From: a virus
Lineage: Duplodnaviria > Caudoviricetes
DNA length: 35,899 nt
IMG/VR virus record: IMGVR_UViG_3300017747_002940
Coordinates: 1-35,899 of that record
Reading direction: 5' to 3' (one strand)
In this document: positions 33,686 through 35,899 of the stretch, piece after piece
Layout: every line of letters begins with the position of its first letter
Numbering within the stretch: the stretch's first letter is position 1
The notes under the pieces: generated by a model
Databases searched by the model: none
What the model saw: only the letters and a program-made list of their open reading frames with translations
What the model was told of the DNA's origin: nothing
Position numbers and translations under genes: made by a program

Positions 33686-34107
33686 GCGTGCAAGCCATCT
33701 TGGCGATTGCGCTGCTGGCAAGCGCCGTCGCTACCGGATGGTACGGGCGCGACGTGATTGCAGACCGTGACACAGCCCAAGCGCTGGCCGAACAAACCGC
33801 CGCCATCAGCCGCCGCGCCATGCGCGTGCAGGAGACATCAGATGCTGCATACCTTCAGGCCCAGGCCCGCGTTGCTGCTGTGCGCCGCGCTGATGCTACT
33901 GGCAACGGGCTGCGCGTCGCCGCCGAAGCCCTTGCCGCCCCCGAACCTACCGACCAGTGCGAAACAGCCGCCGCCCGACTTCAGGTGTTTGCCGACGTGC
34001 TTGGAGGCGTGGAGTCAGAAGGCCGAGAAATGGCGCGCATCGCTGACGAACGCGGCGAAGCCGGCACTGCCTGCGAGCGCATCGCAGGCAATCAATTAGC
34101 GCCGTGA
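33682..34107 (+). CDS. i-spanin (Rz-like)
   Basis: N-terminal TM, coiled coil, C-terminal ADERGEAGTACE. Confidence 0.75.
   Translation: MSVQAILAIALLASAVATGWYGRDVIADRDTAQALAEQTAAISRRAMRVQETSDAAYLQAQARVAAVRRADATGNGLRVAAEALAAPEPTDQCETAAARLQVFADVLGGVESEGREMARIADERGEAGTACERIAGNQLAP
33842..34099 (+). CDS. o-spanin (Rz1-like lipoprotein) embedded in Rz
   Basis: Lipobox LATG-C then Pro-rich segment, in the +1 frame inside the i-spanin. Confidence 0.75.
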   Translation: MLHTFRPRPALLLCAALMLLATGCASPPKPLPPPNLPTSAKQPPPDFRCLPTCLEAWSQKAEKWRASLTNAAKPALPASASQAIN

Positions 34108-34127
34108 ACGCATGACTGCCTAACAAC

Positions 34128-34187
34128 GTATAGCTATGTATAGCCATGTATATCACAAGCAGCTTAGACAATACCTGCACATGGCTA
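34128..34187. repeat. 10-bp tandem repeats plus inverted repeat at the late/early convergence point
   Basis: GTATAGCTAT GTATAGCCAT GTATA; TAGCCATGT (34141) / ACATGGCTA (34179). Confidence 0.6.
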
Positions 34188-34189
34188 GC

Positions 34190-34582
34190 TTAAGGTGTCG
34201 GGTGCAAAGTGGCGTCAAGCAGTACATCCAGTTCGTCGCGCGGCGTGTAGCCCTCATCGCGCCGCCAATCAGCCAGCGTGGAAACACTAGGCCTGGGCTT
34301 GATGCGCTTGCGCACTTCCACGCCAATCTGGGTTGCCGACAGCAGGCCGACGATCTCCCCGTCGATCATGGTTGCATGCTGGTCACAGCGGCCATGAGTA
34401 GGCACGTACACCTGCACAGTGACGGTCTGCCAATGCGACAACGGTTCAGGGCCTGCATACGCTGGCGGCAGTGCAGAAGCCAATGCCTCACGGCGCGCAT
34501 CCTCAGCAGCCCTGCGGCGGCGTTTGGCGGGTATTGTGTTTGCGTGCGCCCATCGGCCGCGGTGGTGGCTGCGACTGTGCAT
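34190..34582 (-). CDS. Hypothetical protein (last early gene, outside the array)
   Basis: ORF 34190..34588, ATG at 34582. Confidence 0.6.
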   Translation of the reverse strand: MHSRSHHRGRWAHANTIPAKRRRRAAEDARREALASALPPAYAGPEPLSHWQTVTVQVYVPTHGRCDQHATMIDGEIVGLLSATQIGVEVRKRIKPRPSVSTLADWRRDEGYTPRDELDVLLDATLHPTP

Positions 34583-34584
34583 AG

Positions 34585-35337
34585 TCAAGGTATGGACAAG
34601 TTATGCGTGTTCCGCGTGCCAGCAGTCAGCAGGCGCCAGGCTGCGGCGGCAACCTGCGGCACCTGTCCATTGCCAAGAGCTTTCACGCGGGCCTTGTCCA
34701 GTGGGGTTGCCACCCCATCAACCACTCTAGCCACGTCGGGTTCGGAACCCCACGCAGCCAGTCCTTCAAGTTGGAGCATCCGCCTTTCGTCTTCGCTCGC
34801 GCCAGCGCGGCCTCTGAGCGTGCGCCCATCGCGTCCATGCAGTTTGGAGTGGGCAGCAATCCAGATTCGTTCCCTTCGATGCTTGGCGCCAAGCTCGGCA
34901 GCTCCCAGCACTCCCCATTGCGCATCAAACCCCAGCGCGGCCAGGTCTGCAAGGACAGTTCCAAGTCCTCGAACAGCGAGCATTGGGCTGTTCTCCACAA
35001 AGACGAACTCGGGTCCAACCTCGCCAACGATTCGGGCCATTTCTCGCCACATGCCGCTGCGCTCTCCGTCCAGGCCTTTGCCTTTCCCGGCTGCGCTGAT
35101 GTCCTGGCACGGAAACCCGCCCGAAACCACATCAATAGTGCCGCGCCAAGGTCTTCCGTCAAAGGTGCGAACGTCATCCCAAATTGGGAAAGGCGGGAGT
35201 GCGCCTTCATTCTGGCGGGCGGCAAGTAGCCCAGCGGCGAAGGGGTTCCACTCAACGGCACAGACAGTGCGCCACCCGACGAGCTTGCCGCCGAGTATTC
35301 CGCCACCAGCGCCCGCGAAAAGAGCCAACTCATTCAT
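34585..35337 (-). CDS. DNA cytosine-C5 methyltransferase, alpha-like chain (cassette 1)
   Basis: LFAGAGG (motif I), GGFPCQD (IV), VENS (VI), HRRERIW (VIII), ALGNG (X). Confidence 0.9.
   Translation of the reverse strand: MNELALFAGAGGGILGGKLVGWRTVCAVEWNPFAAGLLAARQNEGALPPFPIWDDVRTFDGRPWRGTIDVVSGGFPCQDISAAGKGKGLDGERSGMWREMARIVGEVGPEFVFVENSPMLAVRGLGTVLADLAALGFDAQWGVLGAAELGAKHRRERIWIAAHSKLHGRDGRTLRGRAGASEDERRMLQLEGLAAWGSEPDVARVVDGVATPLDKARVKALGNGQVPQVAAAAWRLLTAGTRNTHNLSIP
34600..34610 (+). mobile_element. Left boundary of cassette array (G|TTATGC R box with no upstream hairpin)
   Basis: GTTATGCGTGT is the reverse complement of ACACGCATAAC at 35359-35369. Confidence 0.75.
34683..35333 (-). CDS. 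Overlapping alternative-frame ORF, C5-MTase beta-like chain
   Basis: 216-aa open frame inside the MTase ending PNPTWLEWLMGWQPHWT (motif IX-like); ATG 4 nt from the alpha ATG behind the same GGAG. Confidence 0.7.
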   Translation of the reverse strand: MSWLFSRALVAEYSAASSSGGALSVPLSGTPSPLGYLPPARMKAHSRLSQFGMTFAPLTEDLGAALLMWFRAGFRARTSAQPGKAKAWTESAAACGEKWPESLARLDPSSSLWRTAQCSLFEDLELSLQTWPRWGLMRNGECWELPSLAPSIEGNESGLLPTPNCMDAMGARSEAALARAKTKGGCSNLKDWLRGVPNPTWLEWLMGWQPHWTRPA

Positions 35338-35362
35338 ACATCTCCACGCTTCGGAACCACAC

Positions 35363-35420
35363 GCATAACCCCTCGCTCGAACCGACCGCCTACGGCGGCG
35401 GTTCAGCTCGAACGTTAGGT
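35363..35420 (+). mobile_element. attC-like site 1 (58 bp)
   Basis: GCATAAC-CCCTC-GCTCGAAC...GTTCAGC-TCGAAC-GTTAGGT. Confidence 0.92.
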
Positions 35421-35421
35421 T

Positions 35422-35899
35422 TCACAACAGCCCCTCCTGCACAGGCTGTCTGGTTTTTTCGGGCGGTAGTAGCGTGCCCTGAGCCTGGGCGCGGCTGATG
35501 CGCTCGCAGGCGATGTCGAAATACTTGCGCTCGCGCTCGATGCCGGTGAACGCCTTTCCAAGCTGGGCGCATGCCACGCCTGTCGTGCCGCTGCCCATGA
35601 AGGGGTCAAGCACCATGTCAACGTCATCAGGCGCCTGCTGTATTGCCCACGCCAACACCTTGATGGGCTTCTGTGTTGGGTGGTCGAAGCGTTCTTCGCC
35701 GCCTTCGCGTGCAAACCCGTTCCACAGGCATTCAATCCTGCGCACCGCCGTTGATAGGTTCGTCCAAGCAAGTTCACAGTCTGCGAAGTTCCCGTTGGTC
35801 TTCTTGTCCCAAACCAGCACGCAACTCGTCGGCGGCAAGCTGTAGTAGTTGCCGCCGAAGATGATCTGATGCTGCGCCTTTGCACGCATCAAGCCAATC
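35422..35899 (-). CDS. DNA N6/N4 methyltransferase, C-terminal part (cassette 2)
   Basis: HPTQKP, VLDPFMGSGTTGVA, GIERERKYFDIACERI. Confidence 0.9.
   Translation of the reverse strand, partial: IGLMRAKAQHQIIFGGNYYSLPPTSCVLVWDKKTNGNFADCELAWTNLSTAVRRIECLWNGFAREGGEERFDHPTQKPIKVLAWAIQQAPDDVDMVLDPFMGSGTTGVACAQLGKAFTGIERERKYFDIACERISRAQAQGTLLPPEKTRQPVQEGLL
35777..35899. repeat. Terminal direct repeat, copy 2
   Basis: Identical to 1-123. Confidence 0.95.

Noticed and set aside
34118-34170. A 16th attC site
   Set aside because: It has an R''-like GCCTAAC but no L''/L' pair and no GTT-containing R'. Kept only as a weak attI-like candidate.
34136-35368. 410-aa plus-strand ORF as a possible integrase next to the array
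   Set aside because: No tyrosine recombinase R-H-x-x-R/Y motifs are visible. It is antisense to the doubly coded MTase and has low-complexity Ser/Pro/Ala composition.
1-35899. tRNA, rRNA or CRISPR loci
   Set aside because: None recognised by eye; a tRNAscan/Infernal run would be needed to exclude them formally.

Overview
This window looks like a complete circular or circularly permuted GC-rich P22-like (podovirus-type) phage genome. Bases 1-123 are repeated exactly at 35777-35899, so the unit length is about 35,776 bp. The layout is lambdoid. A leftward early arm carries a Rad52/Sak-like annealing protein, a Gp157-like protein, many small ORFs and two DNA methyltransferases. It is followed by a divergent control region with a single Cro-like HTH, a DUF1376 replication initiator, NinB and NinG. 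The late region runs terminase, P22-like portal, scaffold, coat, head completion and ejection proteins, tailspike, and a lysis cassette with an M15 endolysin and embedded spanins. I recognise no integrase and no CI-like repressor. The standout feature is the distal early arm (34600 across the junction to 5179), which is built as 15 single-gene cassettes, each closed by an integron attC-like site with canonical R''/L''/L'/R' boxes and extrahelical bases. The ends of each cassette are complementary across the gene (7-13 bp), as expected for excised and re-integrated circles. Every cassette gene is antisense to the usual integron orientation, and several start codons or leader peptides sit inside the attC loop. 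This suggests a phage-borne, integrase-less cassette array that may be shuffled by a host IntI. All product calls come from motif recognition by eye; no database searches were run.
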